A DNA stretch of 64,000 bases, taken from positions 96,001 to 160,000 of the IMG/VR virus record IMGVR_UViG_3300028392_000030; one strand, written 5' to 3'. How positions within the stretch are numbered: position 1 is the stretch's first letter; each line of letters opens with the position of its first letter. The DNA is from a virus. The notes beneath the pieces are model-generated. The model was given only the letters and a program-made list of their open reading frames with translations. It searched no databases and was not told the origin of the DNA. Positions 55,397-64,000 of the stretch are shown here, piece by piece. The position numbers and the translations under genes were made by a program.

Positions 55397-56236
55397 CTAG
55401 GAGGCGGATTCGAAAAAACTTGTCATGTCCAAAGTTATATTTTGTTTATATTTGTTTTGGCATTCTGGACATGTAAGATCTATGGGTTGCAGTTCAGCTT
55501 TATTTTTAAGCTCAATAATATGGTCTCGTACGCTGGTGAATATTTTACGATCGCAATTGTTCATTAGCTCTAAAATAAATTCAGATTCAGTGACCACAGC
55601 CTGCGGTGTTTTAACTGCGGCAATACTTTGACACAAGGCCTGCACAGTAATTGTGGTCAAGCGTTTCAGTGCATCATTGATATTTTTTATCTTGTCTGTT
55701 TCTGGAGTTTCTGCGTCAGGAATCATGGACATTATTTTTTGTTGCTCAAACTGCAATTGATTGTTGGCATTGAGATCTTGATAAGTCATAGGCCGGAAGA
55801 AAAATTCTAAATCGCCGTGCCGCACACTATTGTTGTAGTCTGGAGCCTGAATGCCGTCCAGCATCATTCGTAAATCGATTGTGAACTCGTGTTCATGATT
55901 GCAACTAGGACATTGGCTACCAGAATCTAAATCATGTCCGTGACTGGCCAATCTAATACCAACCAAAATGGTGTCTACGTCTACTGCTGGGATTGCCCAG
56001 GCATTTTTTATGTTTGGCACACAGCTTTGTATTACATCAACCATGGCAGCTCCATTAAACAAAGCATCTGGTGTTCGATAGCTGATTTCGTCGATAGCAG
56101 TCATGGGCAACACAGGAATTTCTCCATTTGGCGGCATATCCAACGTGCCAGGTGGATAAAAATTACCTTTACTGGGTAGCCGTATGTAAATTGACGGCTG
56201 TCTAAAATACTGTTTTAATGGGTTGTTTGATGTCAT
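55397..56236 (-). CDS. gp26: Baseplate hub assembly chaperone (gp26-like)
   Basis: IRLPSKG, PMTAIDEI, DVDTILVGIRLAS, CPSC and CPEC zinc pairs. Confidence 0.7.
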   Translation of the reverse strand: MTSNNPLKQYFRQPSIYIRLPSKGNFYPPGTLDMPPNGEIPVLPMTAIDEISYRTPDALFNGAAMVDVIQSCVPNIKNAWAIPAVDVDTILVGIRLASHGHDLDSGSQCPSCNHEHEFTIDLRMMLDGIQAPDYNNSVRHGDLEFFFRPMTYQDLNANNQLQFEQQKIMSMIPDAETPETDKIKNINDALKRLTTITVQALCQSIAAVKTPQAVVTESEFILELMNNCDRKIFTSVRDHIIELKNKAELQPIDLTCPECQNKYKQNITLDMTSFFESAS

Positions 56237-56259
56237 AAATTCCCTCGCTAAATATAATT

Positions 56260-58614
56260 ATGGCAAATGACGACTCCCTCAAAGAATTAGATGACTGGCT
56301 AGCCAGACAAAAAGAATCGTATGAAGCTGGCTATATTTCTGCAAAACAGTTGCACGAAGCAGAAATGGACCACGCAGCCGGCATACGAGGTTATACTGCA
56401 CAGCTAAAACAAAGTATAGGTCAACTGGGTACTAGTACCAAAGATACAATTAGCACCATGTCCAAAGGCCGAGATTCTACAGAGGCCTGGTCTAAAACAG
56501 TTGAGTCCGGTGCTGATGCAGTTGCTTCATACACATCAAAATTTGGCCCAGCCGGCAAAGCCATGGGCTTGTTGGCCAAATCAATTGCGGCCCTTAATAC
56601 TGCGGCCCTGGCACAAAGTAAAGCATTATTTGATCAATATCAAAAGTTAAGTCAAGTTGGTGTAGTTGGTGGCAAAGCCATGGACGAAGTCTATGAAAAA
56701 ATGCGCCAATTTGGTTACACTCAAGACCAACTGGGTAACTTAAATCAAGTTCTTACTGAGAACAGCAAAACACTAGGCAAGTTCTACGGCAGTGCGCTTG
56801 AAGGCAGCCGAGTCATGGGACGGGCTGCAGCCGGCTTTGAAGAACAGCGCGAGTCGATGAGAAGAATGGGTTTCACAGTCGATGACCTAAACGAGGGACT
56901 GGGTGCCTACATGCGTGAGCAAGGTGCGCTAGGAAAATTACGAGGGAAATCTGACAAAGAACTAGCTGAAGGCACAATATCTTATCTCAAAGAGCTGGAT
57001 GCAGTGACCAAACTGACTGGATTGAATCGCAAGGAACAAGAAGATCTTCGACAACAGGCTCTAAATATTGAAGCGTTCTATGCTACTCTTCAAGACATGG
57101 ATCCAGCAGCTGCAAAAGAGGCCTTAAAAGCCTACGAACTAGCAGTGGTACAAGTTGGTCCTAAGATGGCTGCCGAACTTGCCGGTTCATTTGACGGAGT
57201 TATAACCGGCGGCACCGACATGATGATGGCCACCGGTGGCGAGAGCATGAAGAAATTCAGCAAAGAGTTTTTTGAAGCTGGTGGAACTGCATCTCAATCC
57301 ATGAAGGCACTTGGAGATTCTATTACTCCAGAAACTGTAGAAGCTATCAAAGGCATAAACAAGCTCGGTGGCGCATTTGGACCAAATTTAAAAACAGTAA
57401 CAGAATTTAAAGAAAGTGTTAAAACTCTTACTGAAGATACTGAAAAGGTAACAACAGAACAAAAAAATCAACTAGACGGTCTAGATAGTGCAACCAAGAG
57501 TCAGGCCGCTATTGCTGAGAATCAAGTTAAAACAGCACAAAGAACAGCAGACTTTACCAATATATTTGTACCAGCAGCAACCAAGATACAAAAATGGGCC
57601 ACTGATACAGCAGAGTTTACAAGTCGTATAATACCAGGCTCTTCTACCGGTGGTATATTTGGACTTGGGTCAAGAGGTGGTGGCGCATCAGGTGGTGGTG
57701 GTGGCTCTGCACCAGCAGGCGGTGGTGGTGGAACAGGAGCTCCGGCAGCTCCGGCAGCTCCGGGCAGTAGAGGTGGCAGTAGTGGTACACCTACAGCACC
57801 TGGAGCATCCTCGTCAAGCAGTAGCGCACCTCCATCGGGGCAAGGTGCCGATGCTGGTTCTTATAGTAGGTCAGGCGGAGGTCTAGGAGCACCTCCATCA
57901 ATGCAACAAGCATCAACTGGCGGAATGAGTGATGATGATATTAAAAAGATGATCATCAGGCACGAAGGTATACGTAACAAACCCTATCAAGACAGTTTAG
58001 GATTGTGGACAGTGGGTGTCGGACATTTAATTGGTGACGGCAAAACGCTACCACCAGAATGGAATAGAGAATTTTCCAACGATGAAATAATGAAAATGTT
58101 TAATGATGACTATGCTAGTCATCGATTGGCAGCACAACGAATACCCAGTTTTGACAAGTTAAACACCAAAGGACAAGCTGCGTTAACTGACTTGACTTTT
58201 AACATGGGCAACAGTTGGATTGACAAATGGCCCATGTTAAAAAAGCAGTTGGCATCAAACGATGTTGCAGCCGCCGCTGCAAATTTAGAAAGTAGCAAGT
58301 GGTATGGTCAAGTGGGCAACCGTGCTCCTACAGTGGTAGATTTATTGAGAAATGGCGCTGCTACTGCTGAGGGAGGTGCTGCGTTTTCTGGTCCAAAATC
58401 TGGATATTCTGCTGTGTTACACGGTGATGAAGCAGTGATACCACTTAATAATAACAGTGGAAATTTTATAAAAATGTTTGAATCCATGGCCAGCACCAAT
58501 CAACGTATTGTTTCTTTGTTGGAAGAAACTTTAGATGTGCAATCAAGTATAGCGTCAGCAACCAAGAATACTGCTGACAGCAGTGGCAAAATGTTGCACT
58601 ACGCACAAGGTTAA
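56260..58614 (+). CDS. Tape-measure-like protein with C-terminal GH24 phage lysozyme
   Basis: Helical N-terminus, Gly/Ser/Ala linker, RHEGIRNKPYQDSLGLWTVGVGH (E-x8-D-x5-T), C-terminal LHGDEAVIPL. Confidence 0.8.
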   Translation: MANDDSLKELDDWLARQKESYEAGYISAKQLHEAEMDHAAGIRGYTAQLKQSIGQLGTSTKDTISTMSKGRDSTEAWSKTVESGADAVASYTSKFGPAGKAMGLLAKSIAALNTAALAQSKALFDQYQKLSQVGVVGGKAMDEVYEKMRQFGYTQDQLGNLNQVLTENSKTLGKFYGSALEGSRVMGRAAAGFEEQRESMRRMGFTVDDLNEGLGAYMREQGALGKLRGKSDKELAEGTISYLKELDAVTKLTGLNRKEQEDLRQQALNIEAFYATLQDMDPAAAKEALKAYELAVVQVGPKMAAELAGSFDGVITGGTDMMMATGGESMKKFSKEFFEAGGTASQSMKALGDSITPETVEAIKGINKLGGAFGPNLKTVTEFKESVKTLTEDTEKVTTEQKNQLDGLDSATKSQAAIAENQVKTAQRTADFTNIFVPAATKIQKWATDTAEFTSRIIPGSSTGGIFGLGSRGGGASGGGGGSAPAGGGGGTGAPAAPAAPGSRGGSSGTPTAPGASSSSSSAPPSGQGADAGSYSRSGGGLGAPPSMQQASTGGMSDDDIKKMIIRHEGIRNKPYQDSLGLWTVGVGHLIGDGKTLPPEWNREFSNDEIMKMFNDDYASHRLAAQRIPSFDKLNTKGQAALTDLTFNMGNSWIDKWPMLKKQLASNDVAAAAANLESSKWYGQVGNRAPTVVDLLRNGAATAEGGAAFSGPKSGYSAVLHGDEAVIPLNNNSGNFIKMFESMASTNQRIVSLLEETLDVQSSIASATKNTADSSGKMLHYAQG

Positions 58615-58630
58615 CGGTAAATATACGACC

Positions 58631-60469
58631 ATGGCAGATAATCAAAACACTCGCAAACCCGGTTGGAAAAAGTATTTTAAAGTAGCAAACACCGGCGGCC
58701 AACTGAGTCCAATTTCAGGACAAAACCAATTTGGTCTAGACGGATATCCTAGACAAACAGGCGGAGACTACACAGGCGGAACACCAAACGACTTTGCATT
58801 CCGCAACTATGCTAGTAGATTGCCCGAAGTATATTCAGGACATCCTAACCGAATTGAACGCTATAATCAATATGAAAACATGGACTGCGATTCGGAAGTC
58901 AATGCCTGTTTGGATATCATTGCTGAGTTTTCAACACAGGTCAATGAAGACAACAAAACTCCATTTGATATCAATTTTACAGACAAGCCTACTGATCACG
59001 AAGTAGAAATTGTTAAAAAACAGCTACAGCAGTGGACCAAATTAAACAAACTAGATCAACGAATTTTTAAATTGTTCCGCAATACTATCAAGTATGGCGA
59101 TCAGGTGTTTGTGCGTGATCCAGAAACATTTGAAATGATGTGGGTTGACATGGTCAAAGTAGCCCGTGTGATTGTAAATGAAAGTGAAGGCAAACGCCCG
59201 GAGCAATACATTATTCGTGACATTAACCCTAACTTTCAAAACATGAGTGTAGCACAAAAGACTACCAGTGATTACTATGTGAGTCGTGCCACTGGATCAG
59301 CTGGCGGCGGATCAAATTATACCTCTCCTGGCGGCGGCGGCGCAGGTGGTGGTACTGGCAACGGCGGAGTAGGCAACAGTCGCTTTACACAGGCCATGAA
59401 CGAAACTTGTATTGATGCACGACATGTGGTGCATCTTAGCCTTAATGAAGGACTGGATTTTTTCTGGCCATTTGGACAAAGTATCCTGGAAAACATTTTC
59501 AAAGTATTCAAACAAAAAGAACTGCTAGAAGATTCGGTCCTGATCTATCGTGTGCAACGTGCTCCAGAACGTAGAATTTTTAAAATTGACGTAGGCAATA
59601 TGCCCAGCCATATGGCCATGCAGTTTGTGGAACGTGTCAAAAACGAAATGCATCAACGTCGTATTCCTACTAATACTGGTGGTGGAGCCAACATGATGGA
59701 TGCCAGTTATAATCCGTTGAGCATTAACGAAGATTACTTCTTTCCAGTTAGTGCTGACAGCCGCGGCAGTGATGTTACTACATTGCCCGGCGGTGCTAAT
59801 CTAGGTGAAATTGACGATTTAAAATACTTTAATAACAAAATGGCCCGTGGTTTGCGTGTGCCTTCCAGCTACTTGCCCACAGGCCCAGACGACTCAGACC
59901 GTGCTATGAATGACGGAAAAGTAGGCACAGCACTTATCCAAGAATATCGCTTTAATCAATACTGTATGCGCCTACAACGCCTGATTATGCAGAAATTAGA
60001 CGACGAGTTCAAAATGTTCTTGCATTGGAGAGGCTTTAATATTGATTCAGGAATTTTTAGTATTAGCCTTTGTGAGCCACAAAACTTTGCCAGTTATCGT
60101 CAAAGCGAACTAGACACCAGTCGTATTTCGTCATTTGCAGCTATTGAACCTTTGCCATACATGAGCAAGCGTTTTATGATGAAACGTTACTTAGGCCTAA
60201 CTGAAGAAGAAATTGTAGAAAACGAAACAATGTGGCAAGAAGAGCGTGATCAACCTGAGTTAGAAACTACACAAGGTCAGGATTTACGCAGTATTGGTAT
60301 TACACCAGCTGGACTAGAAAGTGACATTGCTACAGGTGAAGAAATAACCGGTGCTGATGCTGCAGGTGGACCAGAGGGTGGTATGCCTGGAGCACCCTCT
60401 ACAGCACCTGGAACTGCTGGCACTGCCGGAGCACCGCCTCCAACCGCTGGTGGTGTGCCTGGCGTATAA
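58631..60469 (+). CDS. gp20: Portal vertex protein
   Basis: EDSVLIYRVQRAPERRIFKIDVGNMP, EDYFFP, LGEIDDLKYF..K..RGLRVPSS; start revised to MADNQ. Confidence 0.95.
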   Translation: MADNQNTRKPGWKKYFKVANTGGQLSPISGQNQFGLDGYPRQTGGDYTGGTPNDFAFRNYASRLPEVYSGHPNRIERYNQYENMDCDSEVNACLDIIAEFSTQVNEDNKTPFDINFTDKPTDHEVEIVKKQLQQWTKLNKLDQRIFKLFRNTIKYGDQVFVRDPETFEMMWVDMVKVARVIVNESEGKRPEQYIIRDINPNFQNMSVAQKTTSDYYVSRATGSAGGGSNYTSPGGGGAGGGTGNGGVGNSRFTQAMNETCIDARHVVHLSLNEGLDFFWPFGQSILENIFKVFKQKELLEDSVLIYRVQRAPERRIFKIDVGNMPSHMAMQFVERVKNEMHQRRIPTNTGGGANMMDASYNPLSINEDYFFPVSADSRGSDVTTLPGGANLGEIDDLKYFNNKMARGLRVPSSYLPTGPDDSDRAMNDGKVGTALIQEYRFNQYCMRLQRLIMQKLDDEFKMFLHWRGFNIDSGIFSISLCEPQNFASYRQSELDTSRISSFAAIEPLPYMSKRFMMKRYLGLTEEEIVENETMWQEERDQPELETTQGQDLRSIGITPAGLESDIATGEEITGADAAGGPEGGMPGAPSTAPGTAGTAGAPPPTAGGVPGV

Positions 60470-60472
60470 ATA
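60465..60472 (+). promoter_or_regulatory. T4-type late promoter TATAAATA
   Basis: Exact T4 late consensus overlapping the portal stop; related TAAATA at 56249, 58618, 60770 (+) and 15553, 16869, 17667, 35586, 35995, 44463 (-). Confidence 0.75.
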
Positions 60473-60477
60473 CTAGC

Positions 60478-60699
60478 ATGATTCTCAACGAAATATACAA
60501 AAAAAGTCCTGAAGCTTATCAGGATGTCGGCCAAGATAACAGTCAACCACAACTGGGTAATCTTCGCAAAACTCGTCTGACTTTGCGTCAGCTTAACAAA
60601 CTACGTCAGATGCAAGATGTGCGTAGTTACGAGTATAAAGAAAAACTTAAACAAGTTAAGAAACAATATGCACCCGCCCCGGCTGCTCCTGGACTATAG
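60478..60699 (+). CDS. Small conserved head-module protein
   Basis: RKTRLTLRQLNKLRQM...QY; late promoter 5 nt upstream. Confidence 0.7.
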   Translation: MILNEIYKKSPEAYQDVGQDNSQPQLGNLRKTRLTLRQLNKLRQMQDVRSYEYKEKLKQVKKQYAPAPAAPGL

Positions 60700-60805
60700 T
60701 TACCTGTAACATAATAGTCAAATATACTCACTTTTCCACCTCAAAACTACCAATATTATAAGTTAGATGTAAATATCTAACGAGCCATAACCATTGGAGG
60801 AACAT

Positions 60806-61648
60806 ATGACTAATAAATTTGAACAATTGATCGAATACGTGATCAATGATGAAGAAGCGAAAGCTAAAGAACTATTCCACGACATCGTGGTAGAAAAATC
60901 CCGTGAAATCTATGAAAATTTGATGAACGAGGAAGAGCAAGATGAAGAAGAGTTAGACGAATCTGAAGAAGATGATTCTGAAGAAGAACTTGACGAAAAC
61001 ATGATGGGCGGCGACGCCAGTGACGACTTGATCGACGATGTTGAAGCTGAAGAACAAGGCATGCAAGAAGATGAAGAGTCTGATGCAGAATTTGATGATG
61101 CTGCTGAAGAAGACGGCGAAGATTTAACACACGACATGGAAATGGACCACGACGAAGACAGCGGTGACATCGAAGATCGCGTGGTTGATTTAGAAGACAA
61201 GTTAGACGAATTAATGGCTGAATTTGAAGCTATCATGGGCGGCAATGAAGGCGGTGACAGTGTATCCGATATTGACGGCGGCGACGCTTTAGAAATGGAC
61301 GACACAGACACAGCTGACTTTGGCGACATGGACGAAACCATGGGCATGATGGAAAATGTAACGTTAGACAAAGTTCCTGCTCCTAAGCATGGTGACGATG
61401 GTGCTAACAATAAAAGCGTAGTTGCTTTTAACAGTGGTGCTAAAGGCATGGCAGCAAGCCCAGTCAAAATGACTGGTGACACAGCTCAAGGCCGTAGTGC
61501 TCCAAAAACTGGTGACTTGCCACAAGCAGGCCAGTTTAAAAATGTACCAGGCAAAGGCGGCGCCAACTCCAAGTTGAGTGCAGCTCCGAAGCCTACTACA
61601 GCTCAAGCCAGTGGTGTGAATACAAAATCACCAGTTGGTAAAGCGTAA
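60806..61648 (+). CDS. Highly acidic prohead core/scaffold-like protein
   Basis: D/E-rich centre; SD GGAGG before ATG 60806; between portal and protease. Confidence 0.65.
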   Translation: MTNKFEQLIEYVINDEEAKAKELFHDIVVEKSREIYENLMNEEEQDEEELDESEEDDSEEELDENMMGGDASDDLIDDVEAEEQGMQEDEESDAEFDDAAEEDGEDLTHDMEMDHDEDSGDIEDRVVDLEDKLDELMAEFEAIMGGNEGGDSVSDIDGGDALEMDDTDTADFGDMDETMGMMENVTLDKVPAPKHGDDGANNKSVVAFNSGAKGMAASPVKMTGDTAQGRSAPKTGDLPQAGQFKNVPGKGGANSKLSAAPKPTTAQASGVNTKSPVGKA

Positions 61649-61657
61649 TCCAGAGAT

Positions 61658-62302
61658 ATGGCTCGATATCTAAAAGAACATCTAAGCTTCACTCAGGCAG
61701 GTCTTGAAATCCTGTCTGAGGAAGCCCACGATGGCAGCAAAACCTTAAAGCTAAAAGGTGTTTGCATAGAAGGCGGCGTTAGAAATGCCAACGAACGAGT
61801 ATATCCTGTAAATGAAATTGCCAAGGCAGTTGACACTATTAACGAACAAATTAAAACAGGTCATTCAGTTTTAGGCGAAGTTGATCATCCAGAAGATTTA
61901 AAAATTAACCTGGATCGTGTGAGCCACATGATTGAAAAAATGTGGATGGACGGCCCTGCTGGAATGGGCACGTTAAAGATATTACCTACACCGATGGGCA
62001 AACTGGTTGAAACCATGTTGACTAACGGTGTAAAACTAGGGGTTAGTAGTCGTGGATCAGGAAATGTCGACGACAGAACCGGACATGTCAGTGACTTTGA
62101 AATTGTCACTGTAGATGTGGTTGCTCAGCCGAGTGCTCCAAATGCATATCCCACAGCAATTTATGAAGGCCTTTTGAATCACAAAGGCGGACAACGATTG
62201 TTGGATATGTTCAAAGACCCAGCTAAGAGCGGCAAAGCACAGAGATACGTCAAAGACGAAGTAATGCGTCTGATACGTGGTCTCAAGATTGAAGGGAAAT
62301 AA
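61658..62302 (+). CDS. gp21: Prohead core protein protease
   Basis: NANERVYP, LGEVDHP, GVSSRGSG, DVVAQPSAPNA. Confidence 0.93.
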   Translation: MARYLKEHLSFTQAGLEILSEEAHDGSKTLKLKGVCIEGGVRNANERVYPVNEIAKAVDTINEQIKTGHSVLGEVDHPEDLKINLDRVSHMIEKMWMDGPAGMGTLKILPTPMGKLVETMLTNGVKLGVSSRGSGNVDDRTGHVSDFEIVTVDVVAQPSAPNAYPTAIYEGLLNHKGGQRLLDMFKDPAKSGKAQRYVKDEVMRLIRGLKIEGK

Positions 62303-62303
62303 T

Positions 62304-63404
62304 ATGCTAGATGCTATTAAACCGTTACTAGATAGCGACCTTATCAACGAAGAAGCTCAACAACAGATCTCAGAAGCTTGGGAAGCAAAGTTGAACGAAG
62401 CTCGTGAACAGGTACGTGCAGAACTCCGAGAAGAGTTTGCACAACGCTATGAGCATGACAAACAAGTGATGGTGGAAGCCCTGGATCGTATGATAACAGA
62501 TGGACTTACTGCAGAGCTTGATCAAGTGAAAGCTGAAAAGCAAGCACTTGCTGAAGATCGCGTTAAATTTCAAGGCAAAATGAAAGAGTCAGCTACAAAG
62601 TTCAACAACTTTATGGTGACAAAACTTGCTGAAGAAATTGGCGAACTGCGTAAAGACCGCAAGATGCACACAGAAGGTGTCCAGAAATTGGAAAACTTTG
62701 TGGTTCATGCTCTTGCACGTGAGATTCAAGAATTTGCAACAGACAAACAAGACGTGGTCAACACTAAGGTTCGTTTGGTGCGCGAAGCTCGCAAACAATT
62801 GGAAACACTCAAAGCACGTTTCGTTACAGAAAGCGCCAAGAAGATGTCCAGTGCTGTTAGCACACACCTCAAGGCTGAACTCAGTCAGTTACAAGAAGAC
62901 ATCAAAGTTGCTCGCGAGAACAATTTTGGACGTCGTATTTTTGAAGCGTATGCAAGTGAATTTGGTGCAACTCACCTAAATGAGAAGCAAGAAGTTCGCA
63001 AGTTGCATGATACAATCGCCGCCAAGGATGCTAAACTGTCTGAAGCCATCAAATTCGCCCAGAGAGCAAAAACTCTAGTCGAATCCAAAGAACGCGAAAT
63101 GCGTATACTTAAAGAATCTAATCAGCGTGAAGCTGCTTTAGAGGAACTGTTGGCTCCTTTAAACAAGGAAAAAGCAGAAGTAATGCGTAATTTGCTTGAA
63201 AGTGTCCAGACAAGTCGCTTGTCGAATGCTTTTGAAAAGTATCTACCAGCAGTTTTAGAAGACCGCTCAGTAAAAGCCAAAAAAGTAATTACTGAAACGT
63301 TCAACGAAGCAACTGGCGATAAATCTGCCCGCAGTCCAGATGCAGATCAACAAGCTGATAATACCAGCAATGTGATCGATCTAAAGCGTTTGGCAGGGCT
63401 GTAA
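62304..63404 (+). CDS. gp22: Prohead core scaffolding protein
   Basis: Coiled-coil, ENNFGRRIFEA; between gp21 and gp23; start revised to MLDAIK. Confidence 0.85.
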   Translation: MLDAIKPLLDSDLINEEAQQQISEAWEAKLNEAREQVRAELREEFAQRYEHDKQVMVEALDRMITDGLTAELDQVKAEKQALAEDRVKFQGKMKESATKFNNFMVTKLAEEIGELRKDRKMHTEGVQKLENFVVHALAREIQEFATDKQDVVNTKVRLVREARKQLETLKARFVTESAKKMSSAVSTHLKAELSQLQEDIKVARENNFGRRIFEAYASEFGATHLNEKQEVRKLHDTIAAKDAKLSEAIKFAQRAKTLVESKEREMRILKESNQREAALEELLAPLNKEKAEVMRNLLESVQTSRLSNAFEKYLPAVLEDRSVKAKKVITETFNEATGDKSARSPDADQQADNTSNVIDLKRLAGL

Positions 63405-63431
63405 TTTAAGATATAATAAAAGGAGACTTAA

Positions 63432-64000
63432 ATGTCACAAGAATTATTAGAAGGTCGTTGGGACGAAACTAAAGACGCACTCTTGGAAGGCCTTTCTGGT
63501 TCCAAGCGCACGTCTATGAGTGTAATCCTTGAAAATACCAAGAAGTATTTGCGTGAGAACGCATCTTCTGGTTCTACAGTATCTGGTAACATCGCTACAT
63601 TAAACCGTGTGATTCTGCCAGTTATTCGTCGTGTTATGCCAACTGTTATTGCTAACGAGTTGGTTGGCGTTCAGCCAATGACAGGACCTGTAGGTCAAAT
63701 CCACACATTACGTGTTCGCTATGCACAGAGCTTAACAGACAACTCAGCAGCCGCTACCAGCGTCCAAGCTGGTTCTGAAGCTTTGAGTCCATTCACAATT
63801 GCTACAGCGTATTCTACAGTTCCACAGAATACTACTACTGCTACTGGTTACACTGGTAACAACACAGCAACTATGGAAGGTACAGGCGGTAAGCAAATTT
63901 CCGTTCAGATCTTGAAACAAGCTGTTGAAGCTAAGACACGCAAGTTACAAGCTCGTTGGACTTTTGAATCTGCACAAGATGCACAAGCCATGCACGGTAT
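63432..64000 (+). CDS. gp23: Major capsid protein (partial, runs off right edge)
   Basis: Not in ORF track; hand translation MSQELLEGRW...LPVIRRVMPTVIANELVGVQPMTGPVGQIHTLRVRY; SD AGGAG. Confidence 0.95.
   Translation, partial: MSQELLEGRWDETKDALLEGLSGSKRTSMSVILENTKKYLRENASSGSTVSGNIATLNRVILPVIRRVMPTVIANELVGVQPMTGPVGQIHTLRVRYAQSLTDNSAAATSVQAGSEALSPFTIATAYSTVPQNTTTATGYTGNNTATMEGTGGKQISVQILKQAVEAKTRKLQARWTFESAQDAQAMHG

Noticed and set aside
57640-57920. GGT and CCGGCAGCT short tandem repeats
   Set aside because: They encode the Gly/Ala/Pro linker of the tape-measure-like protein; not an independent repeat element
60864-61606. Antisense Ser-rich ORFs (e.g. 60910..61482)
   Set aside because: Mirror of the GAA/GAT/GAC-rich acidic protein on the + strand
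7827-62303. Extended ORF-track starts (7863, 9341, 44438, 53907, 58583, 60794, 62277)
   Set aside because: They overlap neighbouring genes; downstream starts fit coupling, SD or promoter spacing better
1-64000. CRISPR array, tRNA genes, IS/transposase, integrase
   Set aside because: No regular repeat-spacer units, no cloverleaf with T/D-loop consensus in the few intergenic gaps, and no such motifs seen by eye; tRNAscan/CRISPR tools not run
1-64000. Alternative genetic code (stop-codon recoding seen in some huge phages)
   Set aside because: Core genes are full length in code 11, and TAA, TGA and TAG all occur as genuine stops with tight gene tiling

Overview
This window is a fragment of a large T4-like (myovirus-type) tailed phage genome read in the standard genetic code. 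Right to left it has four parts. (1) A + strand head module: tape measure/lysozyme, gp20 portal, acidic core protein, gp21 protease, gp22 scaffold and the start of gp23 major capsid. (2) A gp55 late sigma - gp47 - gp46 block interrupted by two radical SAM genes and followed by a short GIY-YIG nuclease. (3) A long - strand baseplate/tail module: gp48/54-like, gp53, hub, gp5, gp25, gp6, a 4817-aa giant protein and tail fibres. (4) A 14.4-kb - strand accessory operon with five radical SAM enzymes, at least three GT-A glycosyltransferases, a UDP-xylose synthase, a sulfotransferase-like protein and an SGNH-like protein. Most notable: an ORF-free ~400-nt stretch with nested long-range base pairing directly behind the stand-alone GIY-YIG nuclease (candidate nuclease-associated ncRNA); a DUF1415-like / ATE_C-like aminoacyl-transferase / DUF6614-like trio; seven radical SAM paralogues with an N-terminal auxiliary-cluster domain; repeated promoter-to-ATG spacing that predicts leaderless mRNAs; and a 49-aa ORF missing from the ORF track that duplicates the N-terminus of its neighbour. 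All family calls are by eye from motifs; no searches were run.
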